A DNA stretch of 32,000 bases from Candidatus Scalindua sp. GTDB lineage: Bacteria; Planctomycetota; Brocadiia; Brocadiales; Scalinduaceae. The number at the start of each line of letters is the position of its first letter. Position 1 is the first letter of the stretch. The stretch is taken from assembly GCA_031316235.1 (NCBI GenBank), contig JALDRA010000001.1, positions 2,730,001 through 2,762,000 on the forward strand, in the 5' to 3' direction. Below are positions 18,655 to 26,562 of the stretch, one piece after another. Below the pieces are notes generated by a model that saw nothing but the letters and a program-made list of their open reading frames with translations, searched no databases and had not been told where the DNA came from. A program made the translations under genes and the position numbers.

Positions 18655-19668
18655 ATGATCATTGTAATGAAACCAAATGCCAGTCAGGAAGAGGTAAACC
18701 ATGTTATCGAAAAGGTCAAAGAGGTTGGCTGCAAGGAGATACTCTTAGAAGGTACCAACAGAAAAGTTATTGCCGTAATAGGGGACAAACGTGATATTCC
18801 CCCAGAGTTTTGGGATGCAATTCCCGGGGTGGAAAAGGCAGTTCCCATCTTGACGCCTTATAAGATAGCGAGCCGTGAAGTAAAAAAAACAGACACCGAG
18901 ATCAAAATAAATGATCAAATTCTCGGTGGTAAGAAGATAGGTGTTATTGCTGGTCCGTGCGCTGTTGAAAATCAGGACCAGATTCTGTTTATTGCCGAAG
19001 GTGTCAAGAAAGCCGGAGCTATCGCCTTGAGGGGAGGTGCATTTAAACCGAGAAGTAGTCCCTATTCTTTCCAGGGTCTAGGAGAGGAAGGGCTGGAATA
19101 TCTGGCCAAGGCACGAGAATTGACCGGGTTGGCAATAGTCACGGAAATATTGAGCCCGGATCATATCGAACTGGTAAGCAGTTATGCTGATGTCCTTCAG
19201 ATAGGGACACGAAACATGGCAAATTTTCTGCTGCTGCAAGCGGTTGGTGAGACTAAAAAGCCTGTAATTTTAAAACGCGGAATGGCTGCAACATTGGATG
19301 AGTTTTTGCTTGCGGGTGAATACATACTTTCGCATGGCAATCCAAACGTAATCTTATGTGAAAGGGGGATTCGGACATTTGAGACCCACACGAGATTTAC
19401 GTTGTCTTTAAGCATTGTTCCGGAGTTAAAACGTTTAACACACCTCCCCGTTATTGTTGACCCAAGCCATGGTACCGGTGTTCGGGAGCTGGTAAGGCCC
19501 ATGTCGAAAGGAGCAGTTGCAGTTGGGGCGGATGGATTGATATTAGAGGTACATCCTGATCCTGAGAAGTCCTATGTCGATGGTCCCCAGACGATAACGA
19601 TAGAAGAATTTGAAAAGCTCATGGAAGAAACGAAGGCGATTGCGAACGCCATGGGGAGAGACATTTAA
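18655..19668 (+). CDS. aroF: 3-deoxy-7-phosphoheptulonate (DAHP) synthase, type I-beta, with an N-terminal ferredoxin-like regulatory domain
   Basis: 337 aa. The N-terminal ~65 aa (MIIVMKPNASQEEVNHVIEKVKEVGC...) resemble the regulatory domain of Thermotoga-type enzymes. The catalytic barrel carries GPCAVEN, LRGGAFKPRSSPYSFQG, KRG and VDPSHG motifs. Confidence 0.9.
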   Translation: MIIVMKPNASQEEVNHVIEKVKEVGCKEILLEGTNRKVIAVIGDKRDIPPEFWDAIPGVEKAVPILTPYKIASREVKKTDTEIKINDQILGGKKIGVIAGPCAVENQDQILFIAEGVKKAGAIALRGGAFKPRSSPYSFQGLGEEGLEYLAKARELTGLAIVTEILSPDHIELVSSYADVLQIGTRNMANFLLLQAVGETKKPVILKRGMAATLDEFLLAGEYILSHGNPNVILCERGIRTFETHTRFTLSLSIVPELKRLTHLPVIVDPSHGTGVRELVRPMSKGAVAVGADGLILEVHPDPEKSYVDGPQTITIEEFEKLMEETKAIANAMGRDI

Positions 19669-19790
19669 TGAGTTACTATACACTCTTTTGCTAACCGGAT
19701 AGAAACCAAGAGGGACACGAGCAGATTGGTGGTGAAAGTCAGGGGTGGAGAGGGAGAGTCTGGAAGTGCTCCTGTTGTCGGAAGAATAGA

Positions 19791-20255
19791 TTGAGGAGAA
19801 AAGATAAGGAGATTGGAGACCACTTAGAGGTGGAGGAGTTACTAACAAATGCTTTAGTAGGAAGGCTGGGTACCTGTTCAGATAATATTCCGTATATAAC
19901 ACCGGTTAACTTTGTATACGATCAGAATAAAATATATTTTCATAGCGCTTTAGAAGGCCGAAAAATTGTGAATATAAAGTCCAACTCAAATATATGCTTC
20001 GAAATTGATCAGCTCATATCAATCATTCCCGGGACTGATCGCCCATGTGCTTCCACTACGGAATACAAAAGTATCATAATATTCGGGAAAATAAAGATTG
20101 TAACTGATATTGAGGAAAAGACCTTTGCTTTAAACAAGCTTATAGAGAAGTATGCTCCCCAGTCACAAAGGCTTTCTCAGTCGTCTGGTGCCATAATAGG
20201 CAGAACAGGTGTTCTCGCAATCGAGGTTAAAGAGATTGCCGCAAAACAAAGCTGA
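19791..20255 (+). CDS. Pyridoxamine 5'-phosphate oxidase family (FMN-binding split-barrel) protein
   Basis: The family-typical N-terminus (M)RRKDKEI...VGRLGT...PYITPVNFVYDQNKIYFHSALEGRK is present. The ORF begins at a TTG and has no in-frame ATG upstream, so a TTG start is inferred. Confidence 0.75.
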   Translation: MRRKDKEIGDHLEVEELLTNALVGRLGTCSDNIPYITPVNFVYDQNKIYFHSALEGRKIVNIKSNSNICFEIDQLISIIPGTDRPCASTTEYKSIIIFGKIKIVTDIEEKTFALNKLIEKYAPQSQRLSQSSGAIIGRTGVLAIEVKEIAAKQS

Positions 20256-20402
20256 TTCCAGATTAAATGCTGCAATTCCACTATAATAGAAAACCATTAT
20301 TCTCTGAAATTTTATGTAGAGAAGATGGAACTGAAAGTGAAAATAAGAAGAGCGGATGAGATAGATGATTATTTTGCAACGCTAGATTTTAATGATTTAA
20401 AT

Positions 20403-20420
20403 AACCTGCATATGCAGGTT
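20403..20420. promoter_or_regulatory. Perfect 18-bp palindrome (operator-like site or terminator stem) upstream of dapL
   Basis: AACCTGCATATGCAGGTT is a perfect palindrome followed by TAATAATTTT. It lies 30 nt upstream of the dapL ATG and 148 nt downstream of the PNPOx-family stop. Confidence 0.3.
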
Positions 20421-20450
20421 TAATAATTTTAACGCATAGGTGGAAATATA

Positions 20451-21683
20451 ATGGTAAAAAGAAATGTAAATATTGCAAAATTACAGGCAGGATATTTATT
20501 TCCTGAAATTGGAAGACGCAAAAAAGCACTTTTAGAAAAAGAGCCGGATGCTAAATTAATAAGTCTTGGAATTGGAAACACTACTGAACCGCTCAGTAAA
20601 CATATTGTTGAAGGACTTCAAAAAGAAGTAACTAAACTTGGCACACCTGAAGGATACACTGGATATGATGATGATCCCCAAGCTCAGGAGTTTTTAGCCA
20701 AATTAAAGAGCGAGATTTCAAAGAATTGGTATAACGATATTGTAAGCCCTGATGAAATAATTGTTTCAGACGGATCAAAACCTGATTGTGGAAGATTATT
20801 TTTTTTATTTGGCAGTGATGTATCGGTTGCTGTTCAAGATCCTGCGTATCCGGTATACGTAGACGGATCAGTAATGATTGGAGCAACGGGTGGATTTAAT
20901 TCTGACACTGAAGAATTTGATGGTATAGAATATATGAGGTGTACCTCTGAGAATGGTTTTTTTCCTGATTTATCAAAAGTAAAGAAAACAGATTTAATTT
21001 ATTTCTGCTCACCTAACAATCCTACAGGTGCAGTTGCAACAAGAGAGCAACTTAAAGAGCTGGTTGATTTTGCAAAAAAGAATAATTCAATAATTATTTT
21101 TGATGCCGCATATTCTGAATTTATTAAAGAAAAAAGCCTGCCAAGATCAATTTTTGAAATTGAAGGTGCCAGGGAGTGTGCTATTGAGGTCAGTTCCCTG
21201 TCAAAGCCTGCTGGATTTACCGGTGTTAGGCTGGGTTGGACAATTGTTCCAAAAGAACTGAAATTTGATGATGGAGAAAGCGTAGGTAAAGACTGGCAAA
21301 GAGTAATGGGCACAATATTTAATGGTTCATCAAATATTGCTCAGCATGGAGCGATTGCAGCTCTGTCAGACATTGGGCTAAGTGAAGTAAAAGAAAAAGT
21401 GAATTATTATATGGAGAACGCTAAAATAATCAAAGATGGGTTAGAGACGTTGAATATCAAAACTTTCGGAGGAATTAACTCTCCTTACATCTGGGCAGCA
21501 TTTCCTGGTAAAAAGTCATGGGATGTGTTTGAAGACATCTTAACTAAAGCACATGTTGTCACAACACCTGGAGCAGGATTTGGTAAGGCTGGCGAAGGAT
21601 TTGTTAGATTTTCAGCATTTGGAAAAACCAGTGAAATCAAAGAAGCGGTTAAAAGATTACAAGAAAAATTCAAGACATTTTAG
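20451..21683 (+). CDS. dapL: LL-diaminopimelate aminotransferase
   Basis: The N-terminus NVNIAKLQAGYLFPEIGRRKKALLEKEPDAKLISLGIGNTTEPL is characteristic of DapL. The PLP-lysine region is SLSKPAGFTGVRLGW. RBS AGGTGGA lies upstream. Confidence 0.9.
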   Translation: MVKRNVNIAKLQAGYLFPEIGRRKKALLEKEPDAKLISLGIGNTTEPLSKHIVEGLQKEVTKLGTPEGYTGYDDDPQAQEFLAKLKSEISKNWYNDIVSPDEIIVSDGSKPDCGRLFFLFGSDVSVAVQDPAYPVYVDGSVMIGATGGFNSDTEEFDGIEYMRCTSENGFFPDLSKVKKTDLIYFCSPNNPTGAVATREQLKELVDFAKKNNSIIIFDAAYSEFIKEKSLPRSIFEIEGARECAIEVSSLSKPAGFTGVRLGWTIVPKELKFDDGESVGKDWQRVMGTIFNGSSNIAQHGAIAALSDIGLSEVKEKVNYYMENAKIIKDGLETLNIKTFGGINSPYIWAAFPGKKSWDVFEDILTKAHVVTTPGAGFGKAGEGFVRFSAFGKTSEIKEAVKRLQEKFKTF

Positions 21684-21754
21684 TGCCTGGATCTCATTCA
21701 TCAGCCAACGCACTTTCTTCCTGAAGGGATTGCTAAAATCTGCAGATTATAACG

Positions 21755-22732
21755 ATGAAAAAACGACTGTTCAGTGGAATCCAGCCTAGTGGTGATGTGC
21801 ACATCGGTAATTATCTCGGTGCAATCAGGAATTGGATAAATCTTATAGATGACTATGATTGTATCTTTTCAATCGTAGATTACCACGCAATAACGATTGA
21901 ATATGATCCCCGCCAGATGCAAAAGAGAATCGTAAATGCAGCAGCCGTAAATATTGCAGCTGGTTTGGATCCCGACCGTTGCATCCTGTTTGTGCAATCT
22001 CGAGTTCCAGAACATGCAGAATTGACGTGGATTCTTAATACACTTACGCCAATGGGACTCCTTGAGAGAATGACTCAGTACAAAGATAAGGCAAAACAGA
22101 ATGAAAAAAATGTGAATGTTGGTCTCTTTGATTACCCCGTACTCCAGACGGCGGATATCCTTCTTTATAAAGGCTGTATTGTACCGATAGGTGAAGACCA
22201 GCTTCAGCATATTGAACTTTCTCGAGAGATAGCCAGGAAATTTAATATGAGATACGGAGAGTTGTTTCCCGAACCGCAGCATCTCCTTTCCGATGCACCC
22301 AGAATCATGGGACTTGATGGTAAATCTAAGATGAGCAAGAGCATGGACAATTACATCTCCCTCATCGAAGAACCGGATACAATCTGGAAAAAACTCTCCA
22401 GGGCTACGACTGATGAAAACAGAAAAAGAAGAAATGATCCCGGCAATCCGGACATTTGCAATCTCTATACCTTGCATAAATACTTTTCCCGCGAACCGGA
22501 AATTACTAAAGTCAATAAGGAATGCAGAAGCGCAGAAATTGGGTGTATTGATTGTAAAAAGATTCTCTCTGACAATATGGTTGAAACGCTTACCCCGATA
22601 AGGGAAAAAAGTCTTGCCTTGATAGATAAACCTGATGATGTATTGGACGTATTGAATGCAGGTGCAAAGAAGTGCAAAAGGATAGCGGAGGAGACAATGG
22701 AAAAGGTACGATCTTTGATGGGTTTGCGGTAA
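21755..22732 (+). CDS. trpS: Tryptophan--tRNA ligase
   Basis: GIQPSGDVHIGNYLGAI (HIGH) and GKSKMSKSMDN (KMSKS) motifs are present. At 325 aa it is typical bacterial TrpRS length. Confidence 0.95.
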   Translation: MKKRLFSGIQPSGDVHIGNYLGAIRNWINLIDDYDCIFSIVDYHAITIEYDPRQMQKRIVNAAAVNIAAGLDPDRCILFVQSRVPEHAELTWILNTLTPMGLLERMTQYKDKAKQNEKNVNVGLFDYPVLQTADILLYKGCIVPIGEDQLQHIELSREIARKFNMRYGELFPEPQHLLSDAPRIMGLDGKSKMSKSMDNYISLIEEPDTIWKKLSRATTDENRKRRNDPGNPDICNLYTLHKYFSREPEITKVNKECRSAEIGCIDCKKILSDNMVETLTPIREKSLALIDKPDDVLDVLNAGAKKCKRIAEETMEKVRSLMGLR

Positions 22733-22887
22733 GCAAAGGTGAAGTATAACTGCAGAAGATAATTCGGATGGTTGGAGCCATCATGCGACTCTCCCCCATC
22801 TCTATTCTCCTGCACAAACCTCCGTACGCAGATGCTCCCGGTTACGTGTTCCCGGCTCCGGCAGGAGAGTGTGGTGTGCCTTGTCAA

Positions 22888-22911
22888 CAAAAAAACGGAT
22901 TTCAGAAATCC
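22888..22911 (-). terminator. Candidate intrinsic terminator after the TPR gene
   Basis: On the minus strand, GGATTTctgAAATCC (22897-22911) is followed by GTTTTTTTG (A-run 22889-22895 on plus), 36 nt downstream of the stop at 22947. The stem is short and AT-rich. Confidence 0.35.
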
Positions 22912-22946
22912 TCACCGGCTATCTCTGAGGCCTATGGTTTCTTATA

Positions 22947-23846
22947 TTATTTTTCAGCAAGCTCTTCTAAAAGTCTTTGAGCGTGCAGGTTTTTCGGATA
23001 GAGAGACATGATAAAGTGAAGCTTCCGAATAATATCCTCTTTTTCTGAGATATCGGGATTTGACTTGTACCGAATATGCTGTATCTGGACAAGGTTTACG
23101 TGGGCTTCCTCCTGGAATGGATTGAGTGAAAGCGAGTGCTGAAAAGCTTCTTCAGCCTTTTCATAGTTTTTTCCATTTTGATACACAAAACCTAAGTTGT
23201 TCCATGCATCCGCGTTATCTTTATCTAATTTCAGCACCCTTTCAAGATAATCAATGGCCTTGTCCTGATTACCAAAGTGGACATGAAGATTTCCTAAATT
23301 AAAGAGGGATTTTACATTATCTGGATCTCTTTTTAAAACTCCTTCATACTCCACTACAGCTTCATCAAACATGTCATGTTGGTCATAAAGCACAGCGAGG
23401 CAGAAACGGGGGGAAACAGCATTTGGATTTTGTTCAATGGCTCGTTTGTACTGTCCAATTGCCTCGTGATAGTTGCCTTCCAGCGCCAGTACTTGAGCGA
23501 TATTCAGTACTGCTTCTTCGTCCCCGGGATTTATTTTCAGAGCCCGTTCGTACATTTGCCTTGCACTCCCCAGCCGTTTTATTTTTTCATACGCATAGCC
23601 AAGATTATTGAGTACTTCAGAATTATTTGGTTCTAACTCAACAACCTTCTGTAAATATTTCAGGGCATTGTTGTAATCTTCTCTTGCAAGATAAATAAAT
23701 CCTAGATTCACATACGCGTCAGTGAAGGATGCATCATGCTTGATACTTTTTTTGTAAGCCTCTATAGCCTGATCAGAATCAGGAGCAAGATTATCGTATT
23801 TACACCCTTGCATAAACCATTTTTCAGCCAAGTGTTTTTTTTCCAT
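22947..23846 (-). CDS. Tetratricopeptide (TPR) repeat protein
   Basis: 299 aa made almost entirely of about seven 34-aa TPR units (e.g. AYVNLGFIYLAREDYNNALKYLQKVVELEPNN, AWNNLGFVYQNGKNYEKAEEAFQHSLSLNP). Confidence 0.85.
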   Translation of the reverse strand: MEKKHLAEKWFMQGCKYDNLAPDSDQAIEAYKKSIKHDASFTDAYVNLGFIYLAREDYNNALKYLQKVVELEPNNSEVLNNLGYAYEKIKRLGSARQMYERALKINPGDEEAVLNIAQVLALEGNYHEAIGQYKRAIEQNPNAVSPRFCLAVLYDQHDMFDEAVVEYEGVLKRDPDNVKSLFNLGNLHVHFGNQDKAIDYLERVLKLDKDNADAWNNLGFVYQNGKNYEKAEEAFQHSLSLNPFQEEAHVNLVQIQHIRYKSNPDISEKEDIIRKLHFIMSLYPKNLHAQRLLEELAEK

Positions 23847-23896
23847 ACAAGTTAATTAGATAAGGTTCTTTGACAATCCTGGGCACCGGTTGATTT

Positions 23897-25276
23897 TTAA
23901 ACTGTACTCGTTTTTTTTGATACGATTTTGCGCAGTATGAATTCTTTTATCTGGTCCCATATGTATACCGGGTCGGAAGCGGGCGATTCAGCTAATTGTG
24001 GATTTTCCTTGAGAGTTTGTGCCGCCATTACTCCAGCCAGTTTTATGCAATCATCCGGGTCAGATGATTGTACCTGTTTCATAAATTCAGAAGAAAAATT
24101 TACTACTACTTTGTATTCTCCAATTTTCAATTCTTCTGAACATGCATTCATAATCACACTGTCTTTTCCAAAAGCTATCGACAAATCTTTTGTCTCAAAA
24201 GTATTCACAGTTTGTCCTGTTTTTTCTTCCATGACAGTGTTTAAACGTTCTTCCCCTGAATAGTTCCCGGCTTTACATAGAGATGTGGCTTTTAACAGAT
24301 TCTCTCTCTGGAAAGCTGGTACAACTTCACTCTCTTCGTGACCAGCACGAGTTTGTCCCGGTAAATGCTCGAATTTTTTACCTTGTACCGGTACCGTTCG
24401 TTCCATTGTTTCTATAGATCTTTTTCTGGGTCTTCTCTTTTGAGTGGAAGGACCTGTCATTTTCTGGAAACGTTCTCCTACCTGATCAATTATTTCCCTA
24501 TTGATTTCTTTAAGCTGATTAGTTTCACCGGCTTTTAAAGATAATTTGCAGACCTTATTGATAAGGCGTGGAATCCCGTGTTCAGAATGTTTCCAAAGTG
24601 ATGGGAAAGCATCTTCTGTAAAAATTGTTCTCGTTCCTCCTGCAAGTTCTAAACGGGTCTCAACGTAGGTCTTTACGAGATCTTCAGATTGAATCTTATC
24701 GATCCTGCAATAAGTTCCTATTCGTTGAAACAGGTTGGCACGCTTCGGGTGTTCTAACCTCTGGGCCAATTCCATCTGTCCGGTAAGAACCATGGTAAAA
24801 AGATTTCTCTGGTCTTCCTGCATATTAGTTAATAGTCTCAGGTTTTCAAGATTTGCGGGTGAGATGGCATTTGCCTCATCAATGAATATAAGGATTTTTT
24901 TCCCTTCATCGAATGTCGTAAACAAGAGTTTATTAAAGGTTTCCAGTAAATCTATTTTTTTCTTTTCTTCACACTGTTTACCTGTCAATTGCCCGATTAT
25001 TTCTCTTAAAATCTGAACAAATGTAGTGCTGGGGTTGGTAATAAGAGCAATCTTATATTTTTCCTGAATCAGAGAATCAATGATGAGTCGAATAGAAGTG
25101 GTCTTACCCAAACCGACATCTCCTACTATTACTGCGATGCATTCTTTCCCCTCTTCTATGGCAAAGAGAGTTTCAGCTATGGTATTTTCCATCGATGAGT
25201 GACATTCTGCATACATGCTTGGATCTGGAACATTATCAAAAGGTGCTTTTGTAAGCCCCCAATACTCATAATACAT
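23897..25276 (-). CDS. ExeA/MshM-like AAA ATPase (AAA_22 type) with a ~190-aa unassigned C-terminal extension
   Basis: The family-typical N-terminus YYEYWGLTKAPFDNVPDPSMY is present. Walker A is GDVGLGKTT and Walker B is ILIFIDEAN. RBS GGAGG lies 9 nt upstream of the ATG. Residues from ~270 onward match nothing I recognise. Confidence 0.8.
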   Translation of the reverse strand: MYYEYWGLTKAPFDNVPDPSMYAECHSSMENTIAETLFAIEEGKECIAVIVGDVGLGKTTSIRLIIDSLIQEKYKIALITNPSTTFVQILREIIGQLTGKQCEEKKKIDLLETFNKLLFTTFDEGKKILIFIDEANAISPANLENLRLLTNMQEDQRNLFTMVLTGQMELAQRLEHPKRANLFQRIGTYCRIDKIQSEDLVKTYVETRLELAGGTRTIFTEDAFPSLWKHSEHGIPRLINKVCKLSLKAGETNQLKEINREIIDQVGERFQKMTGPSTQKRRPRKRSIETMERTVPVQGKKFEHLPGQTRAGHEESEVVPAFQRENLLKATSLCKAGNYSGEERLNTVMEEKTGQTVNTFETKDLSIAFGKDSVIMNACSEELKIGEYKVVVNFSSEFMKQVQSSDPDDCIKLAGVMAAQTLKENPQLAESPASDPVYIWDQIKEFILRKIVSKKTSTV

Positions 25277-25331
25277 GATACTTTTCCTCCATATGAAATA
25301 AAGGCTGATTATTTGAGAAGGTAAAGATACT

Positions 25332-25802
25332 TCAGTTACTGGTCAGGTATTCGATCACTTCATCCAGTGAAAAACGCCTAAGCCTGCCCAGTTTATGGCT
25401 TTTAATCTTTTCTTCCTTTACAAGTTTGCTGAGAAAACTGGTGCTGATTTGTAACATCTGGCAAACATGCTTCGGCTTCAGTAATTTTAATGACTTTTCT
25501 TTCTTTTCATTAAAATGGAATTTAAAAATAATCTGTCCATCGCTTTTGCGTTCCGTATCTAAAGAAAGAACATTTGGAGATCCTTCCATTAAAGAGTGAA
25601 TATGGCCGATAGGCCGCAAATATTCACACTGCTCAGGAGTTAAACGAAAGGAAACAGCATTATCTTTATCTCCTTTTACTTCTTCAAATGCGGGACTTCT
25701 GTTTTCATCCGTATCAAAAATTTCCGAAAAGGTCCGGGGCGCTTCTCCTCCTGTTTCATGAATACCCTTACTTCTTCTCTTTACTATGCATATCTTTTCC
25801 AT
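25332..25802 (-). CDS. Excisionase/MerR-type helix-turn-helix DNA-binding protein with an unassigned N-terminal region
   Basis: The C-terminal LKPKHVCQMLQISTSFLSKLVKEEKIKSHKLGRLRRFSLDEVIEYL fits the HTH_17 (excisionase family) pattern. RBS AGGAGA lies upstream. This is the first gene of the apparent three-gene operon. Confidence 0.6.
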   Translation of the reverse strand: MEKICIVKRRSKGIHETGGEAPRTFSEIFDTDENRSPAFEEVKGDKDNAVSFRLTPEQCEYLRPIGHIHSLMEGSPNVLSLDTERKSDGQIIFKFHFNEKKEKSLKLLKPKHVCQMLQISTSFLSKLVKEEKIKSHKLGRLRRFSLDEVIEYLTSN

Positions 25803-25834
25803 GGTTCTCCTAATGTATAAAAATAATTAATTGA

Positions 25835-26285
25835 TTAATGATAAATGCTATAGATCCGATCTGTCAGGGGTATTCCCTGAACGATATTAAGTGCATTTAA
25901 AGTAGAGATAAAGTGTCCATGTACACAAAACCAGATAATTCTGTCATTCATTTGTCGGCGGCGGTTTATTTTAATTTGCTGAACTTGAGTCAATCGGCAC
26001 TTAGCACAAATGAAGTGCCAGAAAGAAGAAGAAAAAGTGAAATTTTGTAAGTGCCGGTCTGCAGGATAACTACGATCATGATGATTTATCAGCAACAGAT
26101 CAATGCAAGAATTGTGAGAGGTCTTTTTGTAATAAAATGAAATGTTCAATTCTCAGAATATGACAGTGATAGTGTTCTCCGTTGAAAAGCGCTGCTCTTC
26201 TTGGATATAGAGTCAAGTATTGTGTATGAGAAATAATGAGCGGGACCGTGACGGAGTAAATGGGTAACAGTATTTTGTTTTGCAA
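25835..26285 (-). pseudogene. Possible decayed IS200-like / REP-associated tyrosine transposase (RAYT-type) gene, frameshifted
   Basis: Two ORFs (26100..26285 and 25835..26149) overlap in different frames. YPRRAALFNGEHYHCHILRIEHFILLQKDLSQFL resembles the N-terminal PRR...G..YH...R......F...D...FL pattern of COG1943-type proteins. LLLINHHD sits where the HUH motif belongs. NALNIVQGIPLTDRIYS resembles the C-terminal NPV.AGLV..P..Y.WSS. Recalled from memory, not searched. Confidence 0.25.
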
Positions 26286-26340
26286 TTATACTGTAATCGT
26301 GTAAAATACCGTGCAGTTTTTATGACTCTTATGGAATTTC

Positions 26341-26455
26341 ATGATGAGTATACCAAATCCCGGTTAATGGTATTCCCGGACAAAAAACGCCGAGGACTTT
26401 ACTCGCTCAATTTTATCTCGGATTTTATCCGAAATCCAGTATGAGATGAGTATAA
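26341..26455 (+). repeat. Copy B of the dispersed repeat (composite: end fragment, truncated module 1, 27-nt linker, module 2)
   Basis: 26401-26455 matches 3401-3455 with 4 mismatches in 55 nt. ACCAAATCCCGGTTAATGGTAT (26352-26373) aligns with the 3' end of module 1. The linker begins TCCCGGACAAA, the same junction seen after module 1 in copy D. The leading ATGATGAGTAT resembles the element's right end. Confidence 0.8.
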
Positions 26456-26562
26456 AATGGTTACGTGACAGTAACATGAGTCAGAGTAAAGGCTTTTTTA
26501 AACGTCTCAGTATTGAGGCCTTCTATAATTTCAAATTCTTTAAATAATTGTGGGATAGTAAA

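Noticed and set aside
19672-19738. Possible degenerate module-1 copy between aroF and the PNPOx-family gene (TTTTG, ACCGGA, AAACCA, TTGGTG...GAA in the same order)
   Set aside because: The matches are only 5-7-mers and need large indels to align, so they are not distinguishable from chance by eye. If real, this copy would contradict the orientation rule, so a profile search should test it.
20325-20423. 32-aa mini-ORF (MELKVKIRRADEIDDYFATLDFNDLNNLHMQV) upstream of dapL
   Set aside because: It is very short, has no properly spaced RBS, and its 3' end is simply the 18-bp palindrome. There is no evidence of coding.
22465-22980. Several overlapping ORFs (141, 75, 70 and 79 aa) in the convergent gap between trpS and the TPR gene
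   Set aside because: They are mutually overlapping in different frames, overlap the 3' ends of real genes, and have no RBS or recognisable motifs. The gap is better explained by terminators.
25827-25838. TTAATtgATTAA inverted repeat just upstream of the HTH gene as a possible auto-operator
   Set aside because: The arms are 5 bp in an extremely AT-rich stretch, so chance occurrence is likely.
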